A stretch of DNA of 64,000 nucleotides, taken from assembly GCA_950097015.1 (NCBI GenBank), contig CATNEN010000001.1, positions 9,114,001 through 9,178,000 on the forward strand. The letters are read 5' to 3'. Every line of letters starts with the position of its first letter. Position 1 is the stretch's first letter. A program made the translations under genes and the position numbers. This document shows positions 12,601 to 24,253 of the stretch, in pieces. The notes under the pieces are model-generated. The model did not search any database. It was not told the origin of the DNA and saw nothing but the letters and a program-made list of their open reading frames with translations. Origin of the DNA: Macrostomum hystrix. Lineage: Eukaryota > Animalia > Platyhelminthes.

Positions 12601-15600
12601 AACGGTTCCAGTGGAGTCAGGAATCGAACCCCGACCTTCAAGTCGTTAGTCCGGGCCTTACAACCTTACAAGTGAAACGGTACAAAATCTCACAGATCAA
12701 CAACCGCCCGGTATTCGTCCAGACGGAGTATCGGCAGCTCAGCCAAGTGAACAATCATCTCTATGCCGCAGTCCGTATCGCTGATCCACTGCCGCAACTT
12801 GTCAGATTTCGCCAGCTGAACAGCAATGCTAGGCGTGGCGCAGTCTATGAATAGGATTGCCTTTGACTTGGCTGGGGCTATTGTCAGCTCTTTGCCATCG
12901 ATCTACAATCAACCAGTAAAAATTATTATAAATTTATTGTCGCCCTAAGATTCTATTGAACCGTTTGATTTAACACCCTAGCCTGTGATCTACTGACACC
13001 TCAATAACAACAAACTTAAATCTGACACCCTAAACTCAAATGTCAGCCTTACCTTAAATCTGACACCCTAAACTCAAATCTGACACCCAAAACTCAAATC
13101 TGACACCATAACCTCAAATCTGAGACCATAACCTCAAATCTGTCACCCTAACCTCAAATCTGACACCAAAAACTCAAATCTGACACCCTAAACTTAAATC
13201 TGACACCCTAAACTCAAATGTCAGCCTTACCTTAAATCTGACACCCTAAACTCAAATCTGACACCCAAAACTCAAATCTGACACCATAACCTCAAATCTG
13301 AGACCATAACCTCAAATCTGTCACCCTAACCTCAAATCTGACACCAAAAACTCAAATCTGACACCCTAAACTTAAATCTGACACCCTAAACTCAAATGTC
13401 AGCCTTACCTTAAATCTGACACCCTAAACTCAAATCTGACACCCTAAACTCAAATGTCAGTCTTACCTTAAATCTGACACCCTAAACTCAAATCTGACAC
13501 CAAAAACTCAAATCTGACACCCTAAACTCAAATGTCAGCCTTACCTTAAATCTGACACCCTAAACTCAAATCTGACACCAAAAACTCAAATCTGACACCC
13601 TAAACTCAAATGTCAGCCTTACCTTAAATCTGACACCCTAAACTCAAATCTGACACCTAAACTTAAATCTGACACCATAAACTCGAGTCTGACACCATAA
13701 CCTCAAATCTGACACCCTAAACCTAAATCTGACACCCAAAACAGCGAATATCTAATCTGACACTTAAAACTATTTTCTAACATCATAGAGACTTCGATTC
13801 AATGTAAAAAACACCGTCCAAAACAAAGTGAAATATGAATGCAGCTTAGCAACTGCTGTTACTCACAACTCTACCATCTGGCAATTGCACTGATTCCCCA
13901 GCTTTTAATCGATTAGCTGTGACGCCGTCTTTCAACATCGAACTGTAATATTAAAGAACGAAGTCCATGAAAGTTTCTTCAGAAACTACTCGTAGCTTAT
14001 TAGAAAAAGTAATGACTTACACAGGAAAATTCATCTTGACAGCTTTCAGCATGTCCAACTTGGCAGGCAATGGCTTGGGCTAAAAATAGTAACATTTATT
14101 TAATGTATTTATCTATTAATATTAATAATTTTAAAGACTCACACATATTGTCAAATAAAAAACTACCTTGAATAAATAGCAGCAAGATTTAGCATTGCCT
14201 GAAAATAAATTTCATGTTGAATAATACAGATCTACATGAATTGTTTTCAATAAAATTAATGTACCACAAGACATTATAACAAAAAACTCACTAGTTAAGC
14301 AATTGACACTCAATGCGCTAACGTGAAATATTGAATCTGAGAATTCCATTGAGCTGTTGTACTCTGGAATAAAATAATTTTTAATATTTCTATCATTTAA
14401 ATCAAGGCCCGAAATGAATGTGGCTTCCCCAAGATTCGAACTCAGGACCACCCTGTATGCTATTATGCCTATTCTCACCTAGCTTCATGCCGGCGGCCGT
14501 GTCTGAAAACTTTGCCATCTGATTGCCCACATCTTTCTGCAACAGTAAAATAGGAGAATATTAATAGTAAACAAAATAGAAACACAAAACTGAAAGATTA
14601 TCAAACGGTAGACTGCTGACAATAATTGGTGGGCCGTGTAGTTTTACAGCAGACTGCAGACCGGCAGATTTGATGTTTAAACAAGTGCCTAAAATTGATT
14701 TTCTTAGCTTTAGATATCAACAAAATAGCCATGATGAGAATTCAAGATTGGGTGAGATGATGGTGAAACTGAGGATCTGGTAGAGTGGATGATGATGATG
14801 AAAGTGGGGATCTGGTAGAGTGGATGATGATGATGAAAGTGGGGATCTGGTAGAGTGGATGATGATGATGAAAGTGGGGATCTGGTAGAGTGGATGATGA
14901 TGATGAAAGTGGGGATCTGGTAGAGTGGATGATGATGATGAAAGTGGGGATCTGGTAGAGTGGATGATGATGATGAAAGTGGGGATCTGGTAGAGTGGAT
15001 GATGATGATGAAAGTGGGGATCTGGTAGAGTGGATGATGATGATGAAAGTGGGGATCTGATAGAGTGGATGATGATGATGAAAGTGGGGATCTGGTAGAG
15101 TGGATGATGATGATGAAAGTGGGGATCTGGTAGAGTGGATCATGATGATGAAAGTGGGGATCTGGTAGAGTGGATGATGATGATGAAAGTGGGGATCTGA
15201 TAGAGTGGATGATGATGATGAAAGTGGGGATCTGATAGAGTGGATGATGATGATGAAAGTGGGGATCTGGTAGAGTGGATGATGATGATGAAAGTGGGGA
15301 TCTGATAGAGTGGATGATGATGATGAAAGTGGGGATCTGGTAGAGTGGATGATGATGATGAAAGTGGGGATCTGATAGAGTGGATGATGATGATGAAAGT
15401 GGGGATCTGGTAGAGTGGATGATGATGATGAAAGTGGGGATCTGGTAGAGTGGATGATGATGATGACAGTGGGGATCTGGTAGAGTGGATGATGATGATG
15501 AAAGTGGGAATCTGATAGAGTGGATGATGATGATGAAAGTGGGGATCTGGTAGAGTGGATGATGATGATGAAAGTGGGGATCTGGTAGAGTGGATGATGA

Positions 15601-17036
15601 TGATGAAAGTGAGGATCTGGTAGAGTGGATGATGATGATGAAAGTGGGGATCTGATAGAGTGGATGATGATGATGAAAGTGGGGATCTGGTAGAGTGGAT
15701 GATGATGATGAAAGTGGGGATCTGGTAGAGTGGATGATGATGATGAAAGTGGGGATCTGGTAGAGTGGATGATGATGATGAAAGTGGGGATCTGATAGAG
15801 TGGATGATGATGATGAAAGTGGGGATCTGGTAGAGTGGATGATGATGATGAAAGTGGGGATCTGGTAGAGTGGATGATGATGATGAAAGTGGGAATCTGA
15901 TAGAGTGGATGATGATGATGAAAGTGGGGATCTGGTAGAGTGGATGATGATGATGAAAGTGGGGATCTGATAGAGTGGATGATGATGATGAAAGTGGGGA
16001 TCTGGTAGAGTGGATGATGATGATGAAAGTGGGGATCTGGTAGAGTGGATTATGATGATGAAAGTGGGGATCTGGTAGAGTGGATGATGATGATGAAAGT
16101 GGGAATCTGATAGAGTGGATGATGATGATGAAAGTGGGGATCTGGTAGAGTGGATGATGATGATGAAAGTGGGGATCTGGTAGAGTGGATGATGATGATG
16201 AAAGTGAGGATCTGGTAGAGTGGATGATGATGATGAAAGTGGGGATCTGATAGAGTGGATGATGATGATGAAAGTGGGGATCTGGTAGAGTGGATGATGA
16301 TGATGAAAGTGGGGATCTGGTAGAGTGGATGATGATGATGAAAGTGGGGATCTGGTAGAGTGGATTATGATGATGAAAGTGGGGATCTGGTAGAGTGGAT
16401 GCTGATGATGAAACTGAGCAACTGGTAGAGTACAGTAACAAGTTTTCTGTAAACAGGCCAAAGATCTCACCAATAAGTCCACCGCAAAGCTCCCACTGGT
16501 TACCCGTGATAAAGATGTGAGACACTTTAGATAGCTTCGCACTATAAAATACGTTTCGTTGAAAAAAATTAGTTAAACTGAGGAATTTTCTCAAATCTAG
16601 CTAGAAGATTATGAATTTAGCTAATCGAGATCAGCTCACCCAGATTCTTGCAGTACTCTAGAAGTAGCTTCTGGAGCATTAATAAGGTAGCTAAAATGTG
16701 ATATTTAATCAAACAATGGAGTGAATATTTACCAGTTAGAGTTAATGAATTTAAAGTATTCTACTAAGCAGAATGAATCTTGGCTTACTGGCTGTGGGCT
16801 GTCACAATTATAACAGTCTTTGGCGGTGACAGAACACTGCCGCTAGATAGGAAAACTAAACCAATGGTTGGCGATCCAGTGGAGCTAGTCATAGTGAAGC
16901 TTCTAGGTTTTGAATCGCAAAGATTTCTTCTAAGCTGCTTCGATGTCAATGACAGGAATGTTACTAATGAATGCTGAATACTAGCTCCACTATATGTATA
17001 GCTTCTAAGACAATTTAATGCTCTAGCAACTTGCAT
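6686..17036 (-). CDS. ELAC2: Long-form RNase Z (tRNase ZL), ~862 aa; 17 exons: 16789-17036, 16640-16690, 16471-16541, 14621-14688, 14479-14536, 14292-14363, 14167-14198, 14021-14079, 13867-13942, 12694-12902, 11998-12262, 10564-10907, 9431-9572, 9180-9349, 8452-8560, 7827-8003, 6686-7123
   Basis: All exons are phase-compatible (2589 nt). Motifs: FLGTASSNPFKYRNVS (PxKxRN), LLDCGEGT (motif I), SHMHLDH (HxHxDH), YSGDT, LLIHEATF (HEAT), HST, LTHFSSRY, exosite LKAGESVQLPDGR, N-terminal pseudo-motifs YLINAPE and HIFIT. Confidence 0.93.
7262..7480 (+). mobile_element. Unclassified interspersed repeat 'family C' copy in last ELAC2 intron
   Basis: CTTCAGACCGTCGAGATATTCAA…GGCCGAAGGTC…CACTGCGCCTCAG is shared with 25875-26035(-), 35490-35760(-), 41730-41985(+) and 42100-42410(-). 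Confidence 0.75.
8110..8320. repeat. Degenerate ~19-bp intronic tandem repeat (CCCCTATACTTTCCAA-like)
   Basis: Recurring CCCC(T/A)TACTT motif in ELAC2 intron 8004-8451. Confidence 0.75.
8620..9166. repeat. Intronic minisatellite, 31-bp unit (GAGACTAGGGATTGGGAAATGGCACTTA[A/G]TT), ~17 copies
   Basis: Near-perfect tandem copies filling ELAC2 intron 8561-9179. Confidence 0.97.
9657..10505. repeat. Compound intronic minisatellite (12-bp GAGTGACTGGCG plus ~35-37-bp units) with a 420-bp higher-order duplication
   Basis: The block ATAAAAACATGGGGAAATGAATGGCGGAGTGAATAGCGAA occurs at 9681 and 10101. Confidence 0.95.
10933..11927. repeat. Intronic minisatellite, 23-bp unit (TTGTACTTTAGTTAGCTACTGTC), with ~161-bp (7-mer) higher-order repeat
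   Basis: 23-nt periodicity; the variant TACTTCCCTG recurs at ~11111, 11272 and 11433. Confidence 0.95.
12392..12666 (-). mobile_element. tRNA-derived SINE, family A
   Basis: Reverse complement of the 49712-50021 copy (B-box GGTTCGATTCC, CAGTCCATGGACTG palindrome, 3' end GGGCAGGTGTAATCAATT). Confidence 0.85.
13012..13765. repeat. Intronic minisatellite, 20-bp unit (AAATCTGACACCCTAAACTC), with an 18-bp variant defining a 178-bp higher-order repeat
   Basis: The variant AAATGTCAGCCTTACCTT occurs at ~13038, 13216 and 13394. Confidence 0.95.
14750..16430. repeat. Intronic minisatellite, 35-bp unit (TCTGGTAGAGTGGATGATGATGATGAAAGTGGGGA), ~47 copies
   Basis: Highly homogeneous 35-nt periodicity filling ELAC2 intron 14689-16470; source of the spurious His/Ser/Ile-rich ORFs. 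Confidence 0.98.
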
Positions 17037-18226
17037 AGCAGTGATTAAGTTTCAAGTTTACTGATGCATTCCAAAATCTAGCTGAAATAAATGGAAATTT
17101 GTTTGAAAAAGCTGTTTGTTTCAGAGGGTATGTGAAAGCTAGAAAATAAAATATAGTTAAATTATTTAATTAGTTTATTTCTATTTCCATTAACTATACA
17201 GGCTACTTAAATTTCTTCTAAAATAGAAAATTTCAGATAGAAGAACTTGTTCAGTGTAAAGAAAAAACAGGTTTGTTATTGTTTCATGTTAGTTTACCCT
17301 AGCTCCAACTAGTGATGGATCAATTTTACTGTTCAACAATTGATCTATATTAATTACTCTTTGCTTTACTTGATTCAAATGACTTTCAAGGCATTGAGCA
17401 AAGCATTTGAAATAGGGCCCCATTTGAACATTTCTTATAAACAATTTCCCGCGAAAATTATTATTTTGTTTAAATACACGTAAAATTTGGTTTAATGCAC
17501 CTAAATTTGTTTATTTGCACCAAAAATAAATGTTTTAATGAAGTTGCAGAGATAAGGTGGAGAGTGAGTTTTTTGGTATAAAAACTAAAGTAAAAGGCAG
17601 AAGAAAATCAATGTGTTGAAATGTTTGTGTTCAGAATATAGAAAGTTTGAATATTCAAGTTTTTGTCTCAAAGTTATTGAAGTGAATATAGTGAAAGGAG
17701 AGCTGTAACCCTATAACCACTGGTAAAGCCCAAGATGGACTGAAGACTAAATTGAAGATTGATTGAAGAGTAATTTAAGAGTGATAAGGATTAATAAAGA
17801 TGGATAGAGAGTGATAAAGACTGATAAAGACTGATAAAGACTGATAAAGAGTACTTACAGAAATAATACAGCAAAGTTATAAGTGAAAGTTATAGAAAGG
17901 ATAAAATATTGGCCATATTGAAATTATAACTCTACCAGTTTAAATACATAACACAACCAATTTGAATTGAAATAAGAAGTACCTAAATTGAATAACTAAA
18001 GACACTCATAAGTTTGATATAAAGATACTATTTGAATAAAGTTATTATAGGCCCTAGCGCTGCAACTTTGGTGGCATTCAGTAAGATATTAGGCCTAACT
18101 ATTACAGAATAACCCTGTGACAACTTTGGTGGCATTATGATTATTAATTATGCTGGTAGGATTAGGAAATTATTAAGAAGTTAGCCCTACAACACATTGT
18201 GACAAATTATAACTGAATCCTTATTG

Positions 18227-18821
18227 GGCTATGGTGGAGTTCCGTTCGTTATATTATTTTTCAATTTCAAAATGGTGCCAAAAGCCCGGTAATGCAACAG
18301 ACGATTTGGCATGACGTGGCATATATATGTCTATGGTCTAAAATTGACTGTTGGCTCAAGTCAAGACCTTATCGGCTCAAGTTCAATCAGGACAAGAGTC
18401 AGTCAGGAAGGGCTTATTCTTCGAGGGAAGCCACCTGACACTATGCCAACTGGTGGACTTCATTTACTGGTGGTCCCTGAAGACGCTGCTGAAGGACATT
18501 AGACAAGAGTGTCGCATCAGAGGCAGTGGAGACAAGGCCAGGCTGCGACAGATGCATGGCACATCGGATGCACTATTTGAGTCACATCTGCAGGAGTACA
18601 TGTGGCGCCGTCTATACCCAGTCAACTTCATGTATTGGGTGTCCCACTATTATCCAACTTGATGAACAGATAAGGAACTGATGAACCTCTGAGTCTGATG
18701 AACTTTTCTGAGTGTCCTCATGTTGTTTAAATGTTGCTGCGTTGGTCGTAAAACTTGTTTAACCTGTCCGCAGTCATTTCAAATTGCAAAATAATATAAC
18801 GAACGGAACTCCACCATAGCC
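18227..18821 (+). mobile_element. Internally deleted Merlin (IS1016/IS1595-related) DNA transposon
   Basis: 34-bp perfect TIR GGCTATGGTGGAGTTCCGTTCGTTATATTATTTT at both ends; 8-bp TSD CCTTATTG (18219-18226 and 18822-18829); internal ORF remnants SVRKGLFFEGSHL…FIYWWS and FESHLQEYMWRR, typical of Merlin transposases. Confidence 0.85.
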
Positions 18822-19864
18822 CCTTATTGAATATTTTTAATGCAACTATAAACTGCAGACTTCCGAGATTGCAAACTAAGGGTAAAAGCAAATACTGAAG
18901 ACATTTGCCTGAAAATAGTGCTCTTGCTCCGGCTTCAACTGATAATTTCAACTTAAAGCCTATTTGATTTAACAGGATTGGGTATATCACTGATTATGAT
19001 AGAGCAATGCCTAACATAGATCTGGCAGATGTGCAGGGACAAATGTAATGAGCAACTAATGCATACTAAGTAACCCAAACATGCTTTTATAGTTGCAAAT
19101 GTTTCTGTTGATTTTTGTAAGGCTCTAAAAGGATGCAATGACAAAAAGGCTTTCTAACTATATCTTGTTTTGTCTAACTGTTAGAGACAGACAGCAGCAA
19201 GTCAGATTAAAGTTTAAACTTTGAACCATGATCTCTTTGCTTGATCAGGCCATATGAAAAAATGTGACACAAAAATCATAATGCTTTTCGTATACGTGCC
19301 AATGTATTATACTGTCTGCGGCCTGCTTAGCATACGGAAACGATGCATTTTAGTTTTAGAGATGTGCTGTTAGCCTGTGATTAGCGTCTAGCGCATCAGC
19401 GATAGGCCAAGTGAGACAAATACACAATGCACATGTGCCATAACTTTATAAGTAAGAAATAAATTTAAATAGTAAATATCGCGAAGCAGATATTGTGAAG
19501 CAGAGCACGATCCGCATAACCGCATATCCGCATTTAATTGCCGGTGCACGTTGTCGTACCCCAGGTCACAATTCACAAATCGCACACGTGAAAAGATTTC
19601 CAGGAAATCATACAAAAATTATGAAATCAAACACTTTAAACAAAAGTTAAACACACGACATAATACGAAGCACGAACAGGCTAGAGAACTGTGTCAATTT
19701 AAAGTGCTATTGGTTTATAATAAAATTATTTTTAATACTTGTCCTTCATAAAAATTCTTGATTTACAGCGTTAAAACTCACAACAAAAGCTGCTAAATGC
19801 CAAAAACAAAACGACAAAATCTCTACGGAATGCATTTTATATATTCAAATTGTGAACTTTACTG

Positions 19865-20075
19865 TAAGAGTTTTGGACTGCTAACCGAGAGGTCAGGAGT
19901 TCGAGTGTCTGTCCAATCAGGGAAAAAATTGTTTCACGCACCTATTTACTGCTTCGCTTCAGTTTACCTTGCTGAAACTAGGTACCAGGTCTCATCATAA
20001 TGTGATGTGACTGTGGTGCCACAGTCCACCAGAACTGAACAGTTGTACAGATAGCCCTTTGGAAGCTGCACCTGT
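19865..20075 (+). mobile_element. Diverged tRNA-derived SINE fragment (family A-like)
   Basis: GGACTGCTAACCGAGAGGTCAGGAGTTCGAGT head remnant, then GCTTCAGTTTACC…GGTACCAG and CAGTCCACCAGAACTGAACAG. Confidence 0.5.
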
Positions 20076-21076
20076 TCCAGCAAATAGCAACAATATATTA
20101 TGGGACTTGTCTTAGTCCTCGGGCGAAATGGAGCCAGGTGGTTGCCTACGTTGAATCATAATATATATCTAACATCGAATTAATCATTTTAAATAGATTA
20201 CGGAATATACTATCTGTAATCGTTACTTTATAACTCGTTACTTGAGTGGTATACAATATTGCCATACAACAAATGTACAGTACAGTATATTAATACAGGA
20301 TGGATTATCGACAAGTTAAATGAAATAGATTATGTTTTTACATTTCCCTGCGTTTGTAATATTTCGTACAATGTTACTCGTAGCTATAGGATATTTCCCG
20401 TAAAAACAGAATATTTCCTGTTTAAAAAAACTTGCCAGCTATTACTATTTCTCATGTGTTGGATATATACCAACCTGCATGGATTGATCCATCATAAACT
20501 AATGATTTTTCCCAATTGAGCCAATTATACGGAAAGCATTTCTCAGCAACTCATTAATATATGATTAATTGACAGTTTTCTGAGTGTGTATGCGCAATTT
20601 TTAGAACTATCGTCGGTCTATTGACGAGTTGCTAAAACTCACAGCCATTTGGCTGACCAATCCAAAAAGTTTAAAAGACTGTAAGTTTAATTTCAATGGG
20701 GATGGGAACCTACGAGTACCTTTAATAAAATAAAGTGATATAGAAAAGCAAAATATTTGAGGAAAGCACACACCTTAAAAATGGCAGATCTAAAAAGAAT
20801 AACAATCAATGGTTAGTATCAATTATCAAGGATTTTATTTCCTTGCTGAAGATAAGAAAGGCGGGCAGATGTACACATCCCATGTCCTGTAGGAGTTTAT
20901 CTGCATGCGCATCTACTGTGTTCTCAGTGGAAGTTGCATAGACCCGCAGTCAGATCACACACGCACCCGGATACCGTACGCAGCCTATCTCTCAGCTGCT
21001 GCGCCCATTGGTAAAGACCATTTTACCGTAAAGTCTTTACCAGCGCAGTGTTTCTCAATATATTGTGTCACTAAAG

Positions 21077-24000
21077 TCAATTGCAGCTCGCGAATGGAAT
21101 GATAAGCTTAGCCAAGACAAAGCCCTGCCCACTGGCTGTGTTTCCGCCAGTGGTTGCCACGCAGCCTACGCCACCACAGAATGAGCCGCCGCCTCCGCCA
21201 CAGTGATTGCCGTAGGTTCCAGCTCCGCCGCCGCTGAAGCCGCCGCCGGCTCCAGCCACCCCGTAAGTCGAAGCAACTCCGGCGCCGCCGCCGCCGCCGA
21301 AGCCGCCGACGCCTGGACTGCCGCTCCCAGCGGTGCCGCCTAGCCAGCTGTCGTCTCGACTACCACCTCTGTCACCGTCGTCGACGCCGGCTCGACTATT
21401 AATAGCCTTGCCCAGCCAGCCGGCACCGCAGCCACCGTGATTGGCGACCGATGACGCAGTCGATGGCGTGTTTCTACCCGGTTGTCCGTTGACACCACCG
21501 GTGCCCTTCTGAGCATCCTGTTGATTTGTTTAGCGGTGATATATTTCAGTCAAATCAGGCATTGATTTTGAACTAGAATAATTTGTTTTGATTAATTTGT
21601 CTTCTTACCGAACCACCACCGCTGGAGTCAGAGCCATTGTTACCAGCTTCACCTGGTCGCCCTTGAAAAATTCACGGATAAAAAACAACTAATGGATAAG
21701 AAATTATTATCGACATCACAGAGTCGTAAACCTGTCAGTAGGATCTCGAACAGGGGCGTAGCCATGGGAGGCAAGTGGGGCCGCAGCCCCCTGCAGTTGT
21801 GGCGCACACGTGGTAGTGGCGCCCCCTGGTTGTGGCACACCCGTGGTAGTGGCGCCCCCTGGTTGTGGCACACCCGTGGTTGTGGCGCACCCGTGTTAGT
21901 GGCACACCCGTGTGGTAGTGGCGCACCCGTTTTAGTGGCGCACCCGTGGTAGTGGTGCACTCGTGGTAGTGACACCCCCTGGTAGTGGCACCCCCTGATA
22001 GTGGCACCCCCTGGTAGTGGCACCCCCTGATAGTGGCACCCCCTGGTAGTGGCACCCCCCTAGCTGGTAGTGGCACCCCCCTAGCTGGTAGTGGCACCCC
22101 CCTAGCTGGTAGTGGCACCCCCCTAGCTGGTAGTGGCACCCCCCTAGCTGGTAGTGGCACCCCCTGATAGTGGCACCCCCTGGTAGTGGCACCCCCCTAG
22201 CTGGTAGTGGCACCCCCCTAGCTGGTAGTGGCACCCCCCTAGCTGGTAGTGGCACCCCCCTAGCTGGTAGTGGCACCCCCCTAGCTGGTAGTGACAACCC
22301 CTAGCTGGTAGTGGCACCCCCCTAGCTGGTAGTGGCACCCCCCTAGCTGGTAGTGATAACCCCTAGCTGGTAGTGGCACCCCCCTAGCTGGTAGTGGCAC
22401 CCCCCTAGCTGGTAGTGGCAACCCCTGATAGTGGCACCCCCTGGTAGTGGCACCCCCCTAGCTGGTAGTGGCACCCCCCTAGCTGGTAGTGGCACCCCCC
22501 TAGCTGGTAGTGGCACCCCCCTAGCTGGTAGTGGCACCCCCCTAGCTGGTAGTGGCACCCCCTAGCTGGTAGTGGCACCCCCCTAGCTGGTAGTGGCACC
22601 CCCCTAGCTGGTAGTGGCAACCCCTGATAGTGGCACCCCCTGGTAGTGGCACCCCCCTAGCTGGTAGTGGCACCCCCCTAGCTGGTAGTGGCACCCCCCT
22701 AGCTGGTAGTGGCACCCCCCTAGCTGGTAGTGGCACCCCCCTAGCTGGTAGTGGCACCCCCTAGCTGGTAGTGGCACCCCCCTAGCTGGTAGTGGCACCC
22801 CCCTAGCTGGTAGTGGCACCCCCCTAGCTGGTAGTGGCACCCCCCTAGCTGGTAGTGGCACCCCCCTAGCTGGTAGTGGTGCACCTGTGGTAGTGGTGTA
22901 CCCAAGAGACGCGGCCTCCCCCTAGACAAAAATCCTAGCTACGCCACCGATAGACTGTCGGGTCTACGCACCGGCAGAAGCGTAGGAAGCGCCACCCCCA
23001 CCTCCAGCCGCCATCAGCGGCAGTTTGGTGTCGTTCCTGTACACAAAGCTGCCGCCGCCACCGCCGGCTCCTGAGTTGGATGCAGCTTGCGATGGACCGC
23101 CCGCCTGACCAACAACAATGGACAGCACAGTGCCGGCTGTCAGGCTGACGTTGCCAGCAACGAAGGCTCCCCTGCCGCCAAGATTGCTGCCACTAGGGGC
23201 AGTTGTGTCGCCGCCGCTGGCGCCAGCAATGTCGATGCGATAGCAGCCAGTCACTGTGACGGTCATGTACTGGATGACTCCGATTCGTCCAGTGGCTGTG
23301 TCTGAAGTTGCACAAATTGAGAAAGATGTACAGTCAGTGGTACCAAATATATGCCCCAGCTAATGCTAATACTCTAGTGTGATATTTAACTTCCTTTCTA
23401 ATTAATTAAAACAATTGATAGCGCGTGCTGAAATTGGGCCAGATGTGGCTGTTCAGTTCATGGACTGGGGGGATGCCACACCCACCATCAACTATCCCAA
23501 GCTGACGCTGGTATCCATATGACTGATGGGTGAACTGAAGCAATACAGAGTAAAGTGTCTTGCGAAAGGACATAAATTGTTCCAGTAGAGTCCGGAATCG
23601 AACCCCCGACCTTAAAGTCGTGAGTCCGACGCTCTAACCACAAAGGCTACAACCTCTACAACAAGGCATCCACTCTAATCAGTACAACAAGAATCATTTC
23701 TTTGGAAGAATGGAAAATTCCCTTAGAAAAAATCTAGTGTATATTCACGGAAAAGTAGCGATCTTACTCGTGAAAACGTGGGTCACATTAGCAATGGAAG
23801 CTGCTAGCATCATCATGTCGTCAAAACCATCCGACTTGAGCACTATTGAGTTGGCTTCCGTTCCGAGCTGTCTAAATTCTTGGCTGCCGGCAGATCGGGG
23901 AACTAAAGACACAATGGCTAGGCGACACAGCCGCTCGCTTGAAACAAAGACTGCCACAGAACAGCTTCTTATTTTGCACCTGATGAGGCATTCCTCTACA

Positions 24001-24253
24001 GATGCTACCCCGCTGATGTTGATAAGTTCACTGCTCACAGTGGCATTCACAACAATAATTCCATTGTGCCTGATGTAGCGTGTTCGATCACATGACCCTA
24101 AAATTAATATTTATTTTAATAAAGTAGCAAATATTCTACTAATCTGTTCGAATTTTTCTTTAAATTCCTCTTCTGAATTTGTATTTTACCTTCAGCAACC
24201 GTCCAGCAGCAGCAGCAGCAGCAGGTGAAAACAACTAGAAGAAAACGAACCAT
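21077..24253 (-). CDS. Secreted PAN/Apple + ALK/LTK-like glycine-rich domain protein, paralogue A (~405 aa); exons 24190-24253, 23768-24097, 22972-23301, 21609-21661, 21077-21517
   Basis: Signal peptide MVRFLLVVFTCCCCCCWTVAEG; PAN-type C-x3-C-x4-C…C; GRD motifs TGCYRIDIAGASGG, GGRGAFVAGNVSL, LSIVVGQAGG, GGGGGSFVY, LMAAGGGGGA, GGFGGGGG, GGGFSGG, GGGGSF, GFVLAKL; intron phases 1,1,1,0; no TM segment. Confidence 0.85.
21751..22949. mobile_element. Possible hAT-like MITE shell enclosing a 21-bp minisatellite (GGTAGTGGCACCCCCCTAGCT, ~21805-22890)
   Basis: Imperfect inverted ends CAGGGGCGTAGCC… / …CTAGCTACGCCACCG; the tandem array itself is unambiguous; no TSD seen. Confidence 0.55.
23430..23657 (-). 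mobile_element. tRNA-derived SINE, family A
   Basis: Reverse complement has head GAGGTTGTAGCCTTTGTGGTTAGAGCGTCGGACTCACGAC…GGTTCGATTCC. Confidence 0.85.

Noticed and set aside
8620-16430. Regular 23-35-bp repeats as CRISPR arrays
   Set aside because: The units are head-to-tail with no unique spacers, no cas genes are present, and the context is eukaryotic introns.
14750-16430. C/D-box snoRNA or hammerhead motifs (ATGATGA…CTGA; GAAA) in the 35-bp repeat
   Set aside because: The motifs arise from the (GAT)n run and a sporadic variant; no terminal or core stems.
14710-16594. 610-aa and 484-aa His/Ser/Ile-rich ORFs
   Set aside because: They are translations of a stop-free 35-bp minisatellite inside an ELAC2 intron; the same three peptides cycle through all frames.
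18850-20850. Possible small AT-rich exons on the - strand between Merlin and paralogue A
   Set aside because: Scattered splice-like sites, but no consistent frame or recognisable protein motif.
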